64,000 nt of DNA from Eledone cirrhosa (GCA_964016885.1 OZ024740.1:128278001-128342000); one strand, 5' to 3'. Shown: positions 16,031 through 29,691, numbered from the stretch's first letter. Made by a program: numbers and translations. Notes: generated by a model not told the origin, from the letters alone.

Positions 16031-16241
16031 GAGGTTACACAAAAGTTAGTTCACCATACCGAGAACAATTGTTTCACCTTAGCGGATCTTTAGCTCGTAA
16101 TGGATGAGCTGAGGATCCGCTAAGGTGAAACAATTGTTCTCGGTATGGTGAACTAACTTTTGTGTAACCACTTCTACCTAACTCGTCCCATGGACTGAGT
16201 GCCCTACCACTATGGATATTAACTTCCAGTGTTCTACCACT
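16026..16241. mobile_element. Miniature palindromic derivative of the PLE at 50985-53700
   Basis: Right part matches 53565-53700, left part matches 50985-51063. Inserted in (TA)n. Confidence 0.9.
16105..16148 (+). ncRNA. Minimal type-I hammerhead ribozyme; mirror copy at 16054-16103(-) with mutated core CTAAAGA
   Basis: TGAG-CTGAGGA-TCCGCTAAGGT-GAAA-CAATTG-TT-CTCG, with palindromic stem III ACAATTGT. Confidence 0.75.
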
Positions 16242-16338
16242 ATATATATATATACATATATATATAGTCCAGAAATAGCCGTCGAAATGGCTTGAAGTCT
16301 GCCGTCGGGGTCATATTTTCTCCTATATATATATATAT

Positions 16339-17932
16339 AACCGGCACCACCCCTAGCAATTAACATCAGTAGCACACCTTACACCTCACATCTACACCCA
16401 TCTCTATACTCTAAAGATAATACTGACAGCATTTTAGTACCACCTATCCTGGGAATACCCCCTTGTACCTCTAATACTGATATCTCAACCGTGGACTACT
16501 TATTCTGCATTGCACAAATATAAGATTAGTATAAATTGGGGACACGGTACTGGTTGCGATAGCATAGTCCTGTGCATGGATTACCACCAAGAGATAGATT
16601 GATGATTAGATAGAAAATCGTATTATTATGTGAATATATACTGTAAGCGATCAGTTCAATGAATTATGCACGTAATCATCTTGATGTGAACTCCTTTAGT
16701 ACCTATTAATAGACTCCACTCTAGCTTGTAGATGTGATACATAATTGATTTATATTTCAGACGGGGGTTGTCTATTGCTTGATGGCCAGACTAGTGCATT
16801 TATATGAGAGATTGGATCTCCGGACCATACCGAAGATTTACTGGAGATGCAGGCATGCAATGACCCGGAGCCTACCGGGTGGCATATATAATAGTGGGAC
16901 CGTACCAGGTCCTACTGTTATATTACATTTGCATGGAGCAGTGACTTGAGAGTCTGACTCCTCTTATAGAACATTCAGATATGACACACCTTAATTAATG
17001 GATGGTAATCATCCTAATATATACACCCTTGTACTTCTTAATGGACAACTCTCTAACCTATAAATGGGTAACATACTCTAGATATTAGTTATAACTTCAC
17101 ATGATAGGCACGTATTTGAATCACCATTAATGTAGTTTAGGATAGTAATGTAACTAAGATAACTAGCTAGTTACCTCCCCTTACGCATTAATTCCCCTTA
17201 GTCATTCAGGCACTTCCGGAATCTGGACAGCATGATATATTAATTAAGAACCGACTGGATACGGTTTATAGCTTGACTATATGCTGAACCACCGCGAATT
17301 ATACGATAGACGCGTGTTCTCTATATATATTGCGTCTCATGGATTATGTGAGTGGTGGTGTGAGCAAGGACAGTGGTACGGCCTTGCCTACGATACAATA
17401 AGGTTTATAGTATGTTGAAAGTTTTTGATATTTTGGTGTTTCCCCGCATCCGAGACAGTATATCATACAGATGTATGAGAATAAATGACTTAATAATTCA
17501 GCCTACATAATAGATTACCTGCTTCAACTGCCTGACCCTGCAAATATCATTCTGACGCACTCTAATCATGTATAAATAAGACACGCGTGCATGCTACACG
17601 GGAGATTGTTTCATACACTGACTACTCTAAGCTTTCCTCTTGCTTTATCTTCATGGACTGCCAACGCTTCATGTTTATCTTTATTTTCACTCTTGTTTTT
17701 ATTTTATTTTTATCATGTAACCTTTATATGTAAATTGCCATGCTATATCATTTGATGAATGTCACCCCACTGTTGATCAATATGCGCATATGTTTTATGT
17801 GTCTCTTGGGTTGAAAAGGAGGTCAAGTATGTTATAGATCAGTAAATAGTTGCTCCGAAGAATCCAAACCTCGGTTTGGAGGAAACAATTGTAAGCAAAT
17901 AAATGACTTAAACTTAACTTTGATTACTGTAA

Positions 17933-17937
<5 letters not shown>
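16339..17937 (+). mobile_element. 1.6-kb ORF-less insertion between (TA)n tracts ending in hammerhead + AATAAA (probable PLE 3' region or non-autonomous element)
   Basis: More GC/CpG-rich than its flanks, bounded by (TA)n, with an HHR ~40 nt from the 3' end. Confidence 0.6.
17850..17898 (+). ncRNA. Minimal type-I hammerhead fold with a CCGAAGA core variant
   Basis: TTGCT-CCGAAGA-A-TCCAAACC-TC-GGTTTGGA-G-GAAA-CAATTG-TA-AGCAA, then AATAAA. Predicted cut after A17893. Confidence 0.78.
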
Positions 17938-17986
<49 letters not shown>

Positions 17987-18073
17987 TCTACAAATATATT
18001 TGGCTGTGTATTAGTTATGAAGGTGAACACTCCAACACAAAGCATATTTTCCCTTAATGTCAATAATATTAAT

Positions 18074-18252
18074 TGTTTCTACATTTGGCACAAGGCCATC
18101 AATTACCCAGTGTATTACTGGTACTTTATTTTATCGACCCCGTAAGGATGAAAGGCAAAGTTAACCTCGGCGGGATTTGAACTCAGAATGGCAAGGGCCG
18201 TAACTCTATGCGTCAAAGCATGGCGTCCGACCCTCTACCGATACTGCCAATT
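18074..18252 (-). mobile_element. tRNA-derived SINE, best-preserved copy; the core resembles the Meta/MESC-type SINE domain
   Basis: Minus strand: A-box-like TGGCAGTATCGG, B-box GAGTTCAAATCC, then GCCTTTCATCCTTACGGGGTCGATAAAATAAAGTACCAG. Confidence 0.88.
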
Positions 18253-18493
18253 GATTTCCTTTGATAATGGCAACATATATACCTTATTAGTAAATATTTT
18301 AAATAACACATAGTGAATGACAGACAAATTAGACCTCAATATATATTGGACTTTCAATGACAGATGAGACATTTCAAAAGATACTCTCAATCATGTAGTA
18401 TAGCTTGTTTCTGAAACTAAACAGAATATACTGCATTGATTATATGTATATACAACTGCATGTGTGTGTTTGTATATATGTATACATATGTAC

Positions 18494-18546
<53 letters not shown>

Positions 18547-18649
18547 TAAACGGAATAGAAAATGCTGACAAATTGTTCACAGTGAAAAATAGTTTAATTA
18601 GGAATAAATGAGAATTAGTAATTGTATTGGTTAGTATTCAGTTTTGGTT

Positions 18650-18820
18650 TTCAGAAGGCCAGCCTTTATCCAAGTGTATTACTGGTACTTTATTTTATCG
18701 ACCCCGTAAGGATGAAAGGAAAAGTTAACCTCGGTGGGATTTGAACTCAGATCATAAAGGGGTGTAACTCTATGCTACAAAGCATGGCATCCGACTATCT
18801 ACTGATACTGCCAATCCACC
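18650..18820 (-). mobile_element. tRNA-derived SINE, same family
   Basis: Near-colinear with 18105-18252. Confidence 0.85.
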
Positions 18821-20084
18821 TAATAATGCGGCATATAATCATTCTGAACATTATTAGACTAGTTTCTGAAGTCAAACATTATGGTTCTCTCTTCTATTTC
18901 AATTTTCTCTCTCTATATATATATAGTAGAATGATATTCCTTTAAAGCATCAAAGCATACAACATAAGGTACTCAATATATGAAGTAGAGAGGGTACTTA
19001 ATTTTATTTCATTTTGATATGACTTCTACAGGAATAGTTGTCTCATTCAGTACTGAAACCATCAGGAAAGCCTTTTCCCCAAAGAGATACTACTAGTCTT
19101 TTAGAAGCCATCATTAAATGGTATATATATATATATATATATGTATGAGAAAAAAAAATGAGGCATCACCTACACTATATATATAACAGATTGATATGCA
19201 TAATGTGTTTTAATTTGCATTGAAAATACTCCCACTCTCATTTCTTAAATACATGGTCAAAATTTGTGAGGGAGGTATGAAGACCATTGAACTGTACTTG
19301 CTGTATTATTTACCCTTCTTGTGGTATTTCATCTTGAAATTTGAATCCAAGATGAAAGTATCCAGACCATTTTAGGCTGCTGTTCTATCACAGATACCTC
19401 CTTCTTCTCCCCCCAACTGTTTAAACCTTTTGTTTGTGCATTTCTAATGAAATACAAACTATTTTAATTGATTAGTGAAAAACTTTGTGGGATCTCCTGA
19501 AAATATTATTTACTTCATTTCTAAAAAAAAACAATGCAATTTAATTAGAAACCCTTTAAAAATTGGTGGCTTCATTTCATAGAACCAGAACCAGTTTTTG
19601 CCGGTTGGCATGAAAAAGGTTAATGGTAAGTACCAAAATATTTCAGTCTATAAACATAGTAACAATGCGACCAAACTGGAGTTACATTACAATTCCAATA
19701 CATCTATAATATTTTGTAAAATGCATGAACATCATAACATCCCATTAACACTAAAATTAGATAAATAAATACCTCTCAAAATTCATACCTTTATGAGAGA
19801 ACAGAATTAAAGCTTCTTAAATTTGAATGAAACCTTTGAGTTTAGGTAGGACGGAAACTGAGAAGTCTTGAAATTGGTTTCTTTCCCCTAACCAAGTGAC
19901 AAATTAGGTAACCATCATTTCACATGTGACTTAAAACTATGTGTTATAAGAACCATACAGCTGTATCAACACAGCTAAGATCAACACCAACACACCTATC
20001 ACTGCCATTACCAATACAACACTAAGAATTTTAATATCTTTTAACTTGATAGAATATCAAGAAGTCTGTACAATGAAGTCAACA

Positions 20085-20719
20085 TTAGTATTTCATTGGT
20101 ATTCATTTTATTGACACATGAAAAGATGAAAAGCAAAGTTGAACACAGTGGGATTTAAATTCAGAACAAAAAGAAATTAAACTAAATGCTGTAAGTTATT
20201 CTGTCTGACATTCTTATCTTTTCCAGGAAAACTCACTGCACTTTACAAAAGTAATATTGTTATAATGTTGATTTCTAAGTTTGGCACAAGACTAGCGATT
20301 TGTGAGGAGGGAAAAGTTGATTATATTGACATATTGACTCCAATACTTTACTGGTAATTTATTTTATCAAATACCAGAAAGATGGAAGGCAAAGTTGACC
20401 TTAACAGGATTTGAGCTAAGAATATAAAGACCTAGGACATACATCTTAAGGCATTTTTCTCAAAGCTCTAAAACTTCTGTCCATCCAATACTAAAAAATA
20501 ATAATAATGATTTCTGATTTTGGCATAAGGCCAAATATCTTTTGGGGAGAAAGTCGATTAAATTGATTCCAATGCATTACTGGTACTTTATTTTATCGGC
20601 CCCATAAGGATGAAAGGCAAAGCTAACCACAGCAGGATTTGAAATCAGAACACAAGGGGCCGTAGCTATGCCACAAAACATGTTGTCTGACACACTAACA
20701 ATTTTGCTAACCCACCTCC

Positions 20720-20765
<46 letters not shown>

Positions 20766-21012
20766 TAATAATAATGTTTTTTTTATTAACCACAAGGGTT
20801 TACAACAACTTCTAATGTATGTATAGTTTCACAGAATTGTAGGAGAGATGACAGTTGAATATATTTGCATGTAGTATTTTGGCTGGTATATATTTTATTA
20901 ACTTCTTAAGAATGAAAGGCAAAGTCAAACCTGGTTTTATTTGATTCCAAGTATAAAGAGACATATCTAAATACCACCTGACAATTTGTTCACCACTCAA
21001 CTGAGTCTGCCA
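20085..21012 (-). mobile_element. Cluster of four same-orientation SINE copies (about 20085-20220, 20270-20490, 20510-20720, 20870-21012), partly separated by (TAA)n
   Basis: Repeated GATGAAAGGCAAAGT...GGATTTGA core. Confidence 0.8.
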
Positions 21013-21403
21013 TATAATAATAATATTATGACTTTAATGATGTCTTCTATTGCAACAACATTATAGGTTTGTTTTGAAGATGTATATTCCATTGAAACAA
21101 CTGATACATATTTGAATGTGCCTAGATGGATGAGAGCCAAACATGTTTAAGCACCCCAACTCACACGTCCATGCTAAAGAGATTTGACTCAGAATGTAAA
21201 GGTCTGGTACCAAATATTAAAAGGAATTTAATTCAGCACACTGCACTGCTTCTACCAAAGGAACATTATAATTAAAATTATAATTATAAGAAAACATCTG
21301 AACTTGCTGATATCATATAGTATATAACACGACAAGGCAAGATGAAGTCAACTGAAATACTATTTTGATGTAAGGCTTAATGCTTAAATAAACATACACA
21401 ATT

Positions 21404-21456
<53 letters not shown>

Positions 21457-21942
21457 CACTTTGATAATTAGAAGTGCACTAATTTAGCATGGTTCATCAT
21501 AATGGTTTATATGAAAACATATACATGTTAATGCATAATAAACATACAAGAATCTCGCAATGATTTTTTTAAGCCGTAATCATATCACAGCTATGATAGT
21601 GGCATTAAGAATACTGGGTAGCTATTTTTGAATTTTTATCTGTTATTGACATTTATTCGATCGCCACTAAGACAAAATAACCTAAAGCCTATATGGATTT
21701 TGCATATGAAACATTGGCTGGTAATGCTCATTTGCATACAATACAATCTTGATTGGCGAAAGGGACGTCATTAGAAGTGGTAATGATATGTTTAATTTAT
21801 ATAAACATATTGTATAAGCATACATATTCACCCTTTTGAAGAACTGCACTATTAAGTTACTTCTAATTACCTACTTCTCACCAGTCAAGTAGCACTATAT
21901 GCAAATCAGCATATATATATATATAAATATATATATATATAC

Positions 21943-21983
<41 letters not shown>

Positions 21984-21984
<1 letters not shown>

Positions 21985-22166
21985 GTTTCATTTGGCACAA
22001 GGCCAGCAATTACCCAGTGCATTACTGGTACTTTATTTTATCAACCTCGTAAGGATGAAAGGCAAATTTAACCTTGGTGGGATTTGAACTCAGAATGGAA
22101 AGGGCCATAGCTCTATGCATCAAAGCTTGGCATCCAACCCTCTACCAATACTGCCAATCCACTGCC
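21984..22166 (-). mobile_element. tRNA-derived SINE, same family; degenerate copy at 22920-23050
   Basis: Colinear with 18074-18252. Confidence 0.88.
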
Positions 22167-22495
22167 ATATTTATATATATATAATGAGAGAGAGATATAT
22201 CTATACCTCTGAATTTTGATTTATAAAATTGAAAAAGAGTAGAAAAATAAAATAATAATGTTGTTCTCAATAAAACAAAAAGGAAAGTTAAAAGAAATGG
22301 CCGGTATCATCAAAATCAGTGAATTAACATCAATATAAATCTGAGTTAGAGCAAAGGTTTAAGGCTGTATCATTCCTGTGGCAAATACTTAAAACTTTCC
22401 ATGTCTACAAAGTGCTTTTGCACTGACATCCAGTCTGACACACACGCACATACTCTCACATATTCAGGAATATCTGCATGCATAATTAACATTTC

Positions 22496-22604
<109 letters not shown>

Positions 22605-23501
22605 TCACACACACATATACATAGATAAACATATGTCAGTGTAAGAGACATATGTGTGATATATATTTCTTTATGATATACAACATGAAGATATATCATA
22701 TTTGTACATTTTTTCTTTCTTCTAATTTTTAGCATATTAGCATGTATATAACAAAAATGTATACAATATTGCATTTATAGTCCTTTATCTCCTGATGGAG
22801 ACATATAGGTGTCTATACCTGTTAGAGTCATCCTTTTTCAGATCAAAACACAGAGAAAGTCATAGAAGGAGAGAGAGTAAGAAAAAATTAGAATGAGATA
22901 TAGAGGAAGAATCGTCATTATTACTGGACTGGAAATTTATTTATCAACCTTGAAATGATTAAAGGCAAATTTGAATCAAGCAAGATTTGAACTTAAAGCA
23001 AAGAGATGTGTAATGAATACTGCAAAGCTTTTAATCTAATGTTCTAAAAATTCAATGTCTGAATCCAATATTAGTTGTGAAGATAAGTTCTATACTTTCC
23101 ATTGATTTGACTTTAGGAATCTATGTCTCTAGACAAAAAATTGACAGTGGGCTTGACTAAATTTGTGGTTTCTATGTTGATTGTCTTTGGTTAGATTTCT
23201 AGAATGTTGGCTTTTGAAATGTGGATCTTACTCTTTGAATATAATGGTCTGACATATATTGATTGAATTATATATAAGTCATTCTACTTAGTGTTTATTT
23301 TCTACAATTTGGTTTTGTTTCCAGAGTTGCAGAATTTCATTATTATTTTTGCTTTGAATATCAGTTTTATTTTTTTTATTCAGTTTTATTAAGTATTGCT
23401 GTAAGAAGACAGATGGTCATACATGGAATATCTTTTCTATAATCATCAAATAAAATATAATTTCTATATATGACATTTAAAAAAATGTTATGTTACATCA
23501 T

Positions 23502-23579
<78 letters not shown>

Positions 23580-23634
23580 TGTGTATGTGTGTGTATGTCT
23601 ATATGTATTTGTATATGTGTATATATGTACATGT

Positions 23635-23702
<68 letters not shown>

Positions 23703-26469
23703 GCATTACATAATTTAAAGACAAGCATATACTGACGTTTAACCATTAATTATGAATAATAGAAATAGAGTTTTAAATTATCCAAGTTTAAACACAAAAC
23801 CTTTAATTGACATGAAACAATTGACAGAATAATAAAGCCACAATCATGAAGGTCACATAATTTATGAATATTTCAGAATGATGCATTTTAATATTTGATA
23901 CTATATTTCAACTAAGTAAGACAAACTATTAATGCCTATTTTATTACAACATAATATTTAGTGATGTAGAAATGAAAAAGCTTAATAGCACTTTCATGAT
24001 TGTATTTCTAATGAAATGCACTCTATTTCAATTTATTAATAAACAATTTTGAGGAATTTATTAAAATTATTATTTCATTAATACATAAGCTTCATATATC
24101 AAATGGTGTTGGAAGATTTTAATTTAAATAGGAACCCTTTAAAATGGGAGGTCTTTTTCATAAAGCCAGAGCTAGTTTCGGCTGAGTTGGTATGAGATAG
24201 GTTAGATATATGATTGAGAATTACCCTACTGCATAATGTTGAATAGACATTTTGAGCTATATTTGCTGGTGTTGGCTTTCTAGTTAATGTAAAGATCTTC
24301 AATGAAATAGTCTTCAATTCCCATCTTCCATCAGTGTTGCTACAAATTTCTACAGAAAGCATGGAACAATACATTCACTATTGGGTGATGTAGAACAGAA
24401 GAATTATTACAAACCATACATTTCTCAGAAAAATTAATGTCTACATTCAGTTCACTTGGAATCATAAAAACTGGGTGTTTTCAGACTACTCAACAAACAT
24501 CTGACAAGAGGAATTGATATTTTATTTCTATAGGGTCTGGTGGTTAAGTGTATATCTGCTGTTTATACAGGAAATGAATTTTGCAGAGAGTGCATTAATA
24601 TGACTCTTAAGAATGATTCTTCATCACAAGAATAATGAAAGAAATCATCAAGAGCAAGGAAATGCCAATGACCAACACAATCTCCAAATGAAATCTAATA
24701 GATAACAGAGGGAAACAGGCGAACATGAGTATTCACCAAAGAAAATCCAGAAACATGAGTTAATTCTATGATTATATGATGAAAGAACGAAAACAAATTA
24801 GAGATTATGTGGTGTTTGAAATTATAAATTCAATTTTTCATAGATGTGATTCTATTCTTAAACATTTTGGGTACCTGACTGAGTATTACTGCTATATCAT
24901 TTTATTGTTCTTGCTTTTTACTGCACATATTACATTTTGTTTGCAAAATAAAATATCTGCATTAAAAATTCTTAAATTAACTGAGGCTCAATTTTGTTGT
25001 GGAATTGCTTCTATCATTAATTACATTAGGCCCATTTAAAATCTTTGATCATTTTAAATATTGAAAAATAGACGTTTCCTATTCATATGTATTTTCACTT
25101 GTAAGTAATCAAATGAATATAGATGGCTAACTATTACTCAACAGTATATACTTGTCTTCAAATTAAGTGAAGCCATTATATACACATATGTGTTTGGGTG
25201 TGTATATATTTATATGTGTGTATATATATATAGTAATAATGATAAATTTGAAGACTAAAATCCAAACAGGTCTCGATAAGGATAAATATATATCAAATAT
25301 ATAAGAACCGTAGAGAAAATATTTATTAAAATAACAGATTAAAGTTTAAGCAAAGAATCGCTGCTTTCACCCTTAACGGATCTTCTGGCCGCAGAAGTAA
25401 ATATTTCAAAAAACGTTGCAACCAAAGGAAGACAGGAAGACGATACTTTGGTTCGTGGAAACGTTCCCTGTCAAAGAACGAAAAGAAACGAAGGTAATAA
25501 ATACGTCATAATTTGGTGCGGTGGAAACAATTACACACACAAAGACAAAACCACGTTTATGGTATAAATGAAGTTTATTAGGTGGCTCATGGAGACGTTC
25601 TCTGGCAATGAACGGAAAAAACGAAGATAATACGTCATTATGTGGTGCAGTGAGAACAATTACACGCAACGACAAAACCACGTAAATGGTCTGACTGAAG
25701 TCGTAGACTAAAATTCTATACAGGAAAGCGAATGATTCTCGGCTTCAGAGTTAAGAATAAAGTAAATAAAATACAGAGGTAATTGAAATTAGATATATAC
25801 ACACACGCATCCATATACGTACGTACACAAGCATACGCGAAAACACTCGCCATGGGTATGCAAATACAAGCACGTACACAAAAAAAAACACACGCACGCG
25901 CATACAGCGGTGGCGTGATTATGGGCACCAGCGATTCTGCGGAGGTTACTGATCTTATCACATACCACGTGTGCGTACCCGCACACATACCAACGTATAC
26001 ACCAAATACACATAAACATATATATTAAAATATATATATATATGTGTGTGTGTGTGCATGTATACATAATATATATAAATATACACACATAAATACGTAT
26101 ATAACGCGCGCGCACACGTACGTACATGTAAATATACATATGTTCGCGGACGTACGTCAACCAAAACACAAAGTACACATATACACACACCCAACATGCG
26201 TACGAACCCGCATACTCACACAGACGCAAAACTCACGTATACACATAACTAAATGCACATGTACCAGTATATATATTATATATGCCATAACATATACAAA
26301 CAAATATACGTACGAGAAAGTATACGTACCTTCACAAAACATACATGTAATATATACTTACCTACACAAATAAGTAATGGTATAAACAGAACAAATACTT
26401 AGCTACCACATCAAGACCTAAAATATCCGCGTATAGTTCGTATTATCCATTAGGGTATAAAGTGGGGCT

Positions 26470-27700
26470 GTAATACAGGAAGGTTTTGTGCAATCTATGT
26501 TTACAAGCCGAAATTGCCTCAGATTTTTTGTTTAAGATGTGGTCTTTGGCGTAGTGTATTTCCAGGCCCTCAGCGGCGCAGAGGTCACTGGTCTTTTATT
26601 TCCGTTATACGATCTAGCTCAAGCTAGGATTCCCAGTGTAACTTATATTGGGTGTGGTTGTCTTTTAGACTCCAGATATAAGCTGAAAGTGACGTCATAT
26701 TCCTTCTTAATGAGCTAAGAAAAGAATGGGTATGCATGTAAAGACGCTTCTTAAATCTATTGGCGGTTAACACTTTGTAGGCCCTACGGGACGTGGATGT
26801 TTCTACCTTACATTTGTAGACAATGTTACTAGAGGGGCATTTCCCGGATAGGGGGCAATCAACCCGATTCCTACAATTACAGTTAGTATTAGCTACAGGG
26901 TTGCACGTGTTCCTACGGCTAGGTAATTTAGCTAAATTTGAAGCTGTGATGTTATGTGCAATGTTAGGAGTCGTAGAGTAAGAAATGTTAATGGTATTTC
27001 TATTTAAAATGTTACAATATTTATGTGCTGGGTGGAAATGCTTCATAATAAGGGAGAGAAGGATCGTAGCTAATGGTGTGGTCAGCTCCATATTATATGG
27101 TGGGTTATACCATATAATGCGTCGGGATCTATTTTTCCTAGGTCTATTCTCGTACTCTGTATACGCTACCTCATCGACAAATCCACTCCGAGCAAGAGCT
27201 TCATCGTAATATGAGGAATGGTCGTTGAAAAAATATGCTCGTTTGTAGATAGACGGGAAAGCCTCAAAGAAACGTTTCTTACCAGGTTCTTGGTTATGCT
27301 GGCAGGATAGTTAGAATGCTTACTTATGTAATTAAGCGTATCATTCGGCTTTCCATACGGGTAGTGCAAGCCATTCGACAAATTTGAGGGTAACGTCGAG
27401 GCAATTAACGACCGAGAGGTTGTCCTCAACCTGTATGGAGAGGTGGAAGCCTTTAAAGAAGGCTGTGAGTTCTTTTCTGAACCTGTCGCAAGCACGTGGG
27501 CCGCACTTTGTCATGGTCAAAAGACCGTCATCACTGTACAAACCACCGCCTACGGTGGGGAATTCTTCCTTGATAGAGAAAAGAAGGAAAAGGCCGATAA
27601 GGTCAGTAACCTCCGCAGAATCGCTGGCGCCCATACTCACGTCAAATGGGGTACTATTATATTTTTTAATCCAAATAGAGTCGTCTAAATTAATTACCGA
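26470..27700 (-). pseudogene. PLE reverse transcriptase plus GIY-YIG endonuclease, frameshifted
   Basis: FDVSMGASDSAEVTDLIG, GLYSDDGL, VNCLDVTL, KPNDTLNYISKHSNYP, NCNCRNRVDCPLSGKC..NIVYKC. Confidence 0.9.
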
Positions 27701-27940
27701 CTTCCCTTCATTGCCAGAGAACGTCTCCATGAACCACCTAATAGAATATTAGTCTACGACTTCATTTATACCATAAACGTGGTTTTGTCTTTGCGTGTAA
27801 TTGTTTCCACCGCACCAAATTATGACGTATTATCTTCGTTTTTTCCCCGTTCTTTGCCAGGGAACGCTTCCACGAACCAAAGTATCGTCTCCCTGTCTTC
27901 CTTCGGTTGTAACATTTTTGAAATATTTACTTTTGCGTTC

Positions 27941-28016
27941 ACAGATTGATCTTTTTAGTTTCAGGAGATCGCATTAAGAGTGAAAGCAGCGATTCTTGGC
28001 TTAAACTTTAATCTGT
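27941..28016 (+). ncRNA. Hammerhead-topology motif of PLE family B with non-canonical core CAG(A/G)AGA
   Basis: Stem I AGTTT/AAACT with distal ACAGATTGA/TTAATCTGT; GAAA at 27982-85; stem III AGC/GCT. The copy at 2513-2567(-) shows CAGAAGA-TCCC-GTTAA-GGGT-GAAA, and 25334-25387(-) is the same with one C fewer. Confidence 0.5.
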
Positions 28017-28027
28017 TATTTTAATAA

Positions 28028-28078
<51 letters not shown>

Positions 28079-28182
28079 TTAATCTGTTATTTTAAATGTT
28101 TGTTCAATGTTTCTTATATATTTGATATATATTTATCCTTATCGAGCCCTCTTTGGATTTTAGACTTCACATTTGTTATTAT

Positions 28183-28232
<50 letters not shown>

Positions 28233-28921
28233 GTATGTATATATATATATATATGTGTATGTATATTTACAAACATAATCATACACAGACCAAGAATATG
28301 AATTAGTCCTGTGTTTGTTTATGTTCTCAGCTATATTGGGTTTGTATGAATTTAAATTGAATTGAGAATCATTAACCCACATAACTTGATAACTTATATA
28401 TGTTTTATAAATATGTGCATATACTACGTATTATTTATGATAACCTTCATATCACTAGATTCAAAAGTATTGTGAACAAAATTAAATTAGATAAAAATTT
28501 AATATAAATGCCTTTACTTCAACTCAATAGCTTGCTTCAGGTCTGACGTCTTTTATTTATGTAATTTCAACTTTCTTTGTACTTATATGATTTTCATGCC
28601 TTTTGCTAGGGGTTCATCATGTCATAGGGTATCCCAATATTCATGTAGCATTGAGAAACTTAGTGTAGAAGTCTTGATCCCACAGAGGAGTATATTTTGG
28701 TGTCTATTTATTATACTTTTCCATTTTCATTTGGATTGTATAAGTTTACAACACAAATTATTCACTAAACTCAATATTTTTGTGTTTATTGTTGTGTAAT
28801 TATGCATATATATAAGAACACCTCCAAAAAACTTCATGTTAGCAAAAGTTATTTACATTTGATTCTTGTTACAAATTATCATGAACATTTTGTTGAATCT
28901 TTTTCTCTCCCTCCTCTCCCA

Positions 28922-28993
<72 letters not shown>

Positions 28994-29106
28994 CATACAT
29001 TCATACATAGATATATATATATGTATATATATGCATACATACATATAAATATATTTACATATATATATATATATATACACACATATATATCTGTATATAT
29101 TTACAT

Positions 29107-29153
<47 letters not shown>

Positions 29154-29179
29154 CAAATATATATATATATATGTATTTG

Positions 29180-29213
<34 letters not shown>

Positions 29214-29354
29214 GTATTATCCGTAGTGTTGTAATATGAATATTATACACAGTAGATGGACAGCTTACGTAGGGTTTGCTCGACGGTTCCAGTTGTAGTT
29301 TATATATATATATATATATACATACACACACACAAACACGAATATAAGTGAAGT

Positions 29355-29580
29355 TACATGGCCTAGTGGTTTTATCAACATTATGTCATGATTTCAATTC
29401 CTTGAGGGTACAGTGTGCTGTTTTCTTGATCAACTTTCGTTTCACATTCTTCCAGTCAACTCATTTGTAAATGAGTACTTGCAGTAGTTGTGATGGATTG
29501 GCATCCTGTTTTGTACTACCATTAACTTAAATGCCAATGAAAAGGATGTGAGCACTCAGTATTTCACAGATTTAAAATGT
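29355..29580 (+). mobile_element. Old tRNA-derived SINE of a different family
   Basis: A-box-like TGGCCTAGTGG, degenerate B-box, core ..CTCATTTGTAAATGAGTAC..GATGGATTGGCATCCTGT. Confidence 0.5.
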
Positions 29581-29633
29581 CCTTTACATATATATAAATA
29601 TATATATGAGTGTTTGTGTGTGTTAACAGTGTT

Positions 29634-29691
<58 letters not shown>

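Larger units (their letters stand above)
25231..28187 (-). mobile_element. Penelope-like element B: 5'-truncated RT-GIY-YIG body on - with an inverted pseudo-LTR copy at 27705-28187
   Basis: 25231-~25620 is the reverse complement of 27705-28187. Both ends stop at TAGTAATAA next to (TA)n. There is an internal ~130-bp tandem duplication at 25450-25715. Confidence 0.9.

Noticed and set aside
18170-18252. tRNA gene suggested by A/B boxes
   Set aside because: No cloverleaf; it is the head of a multi-copy SINE.
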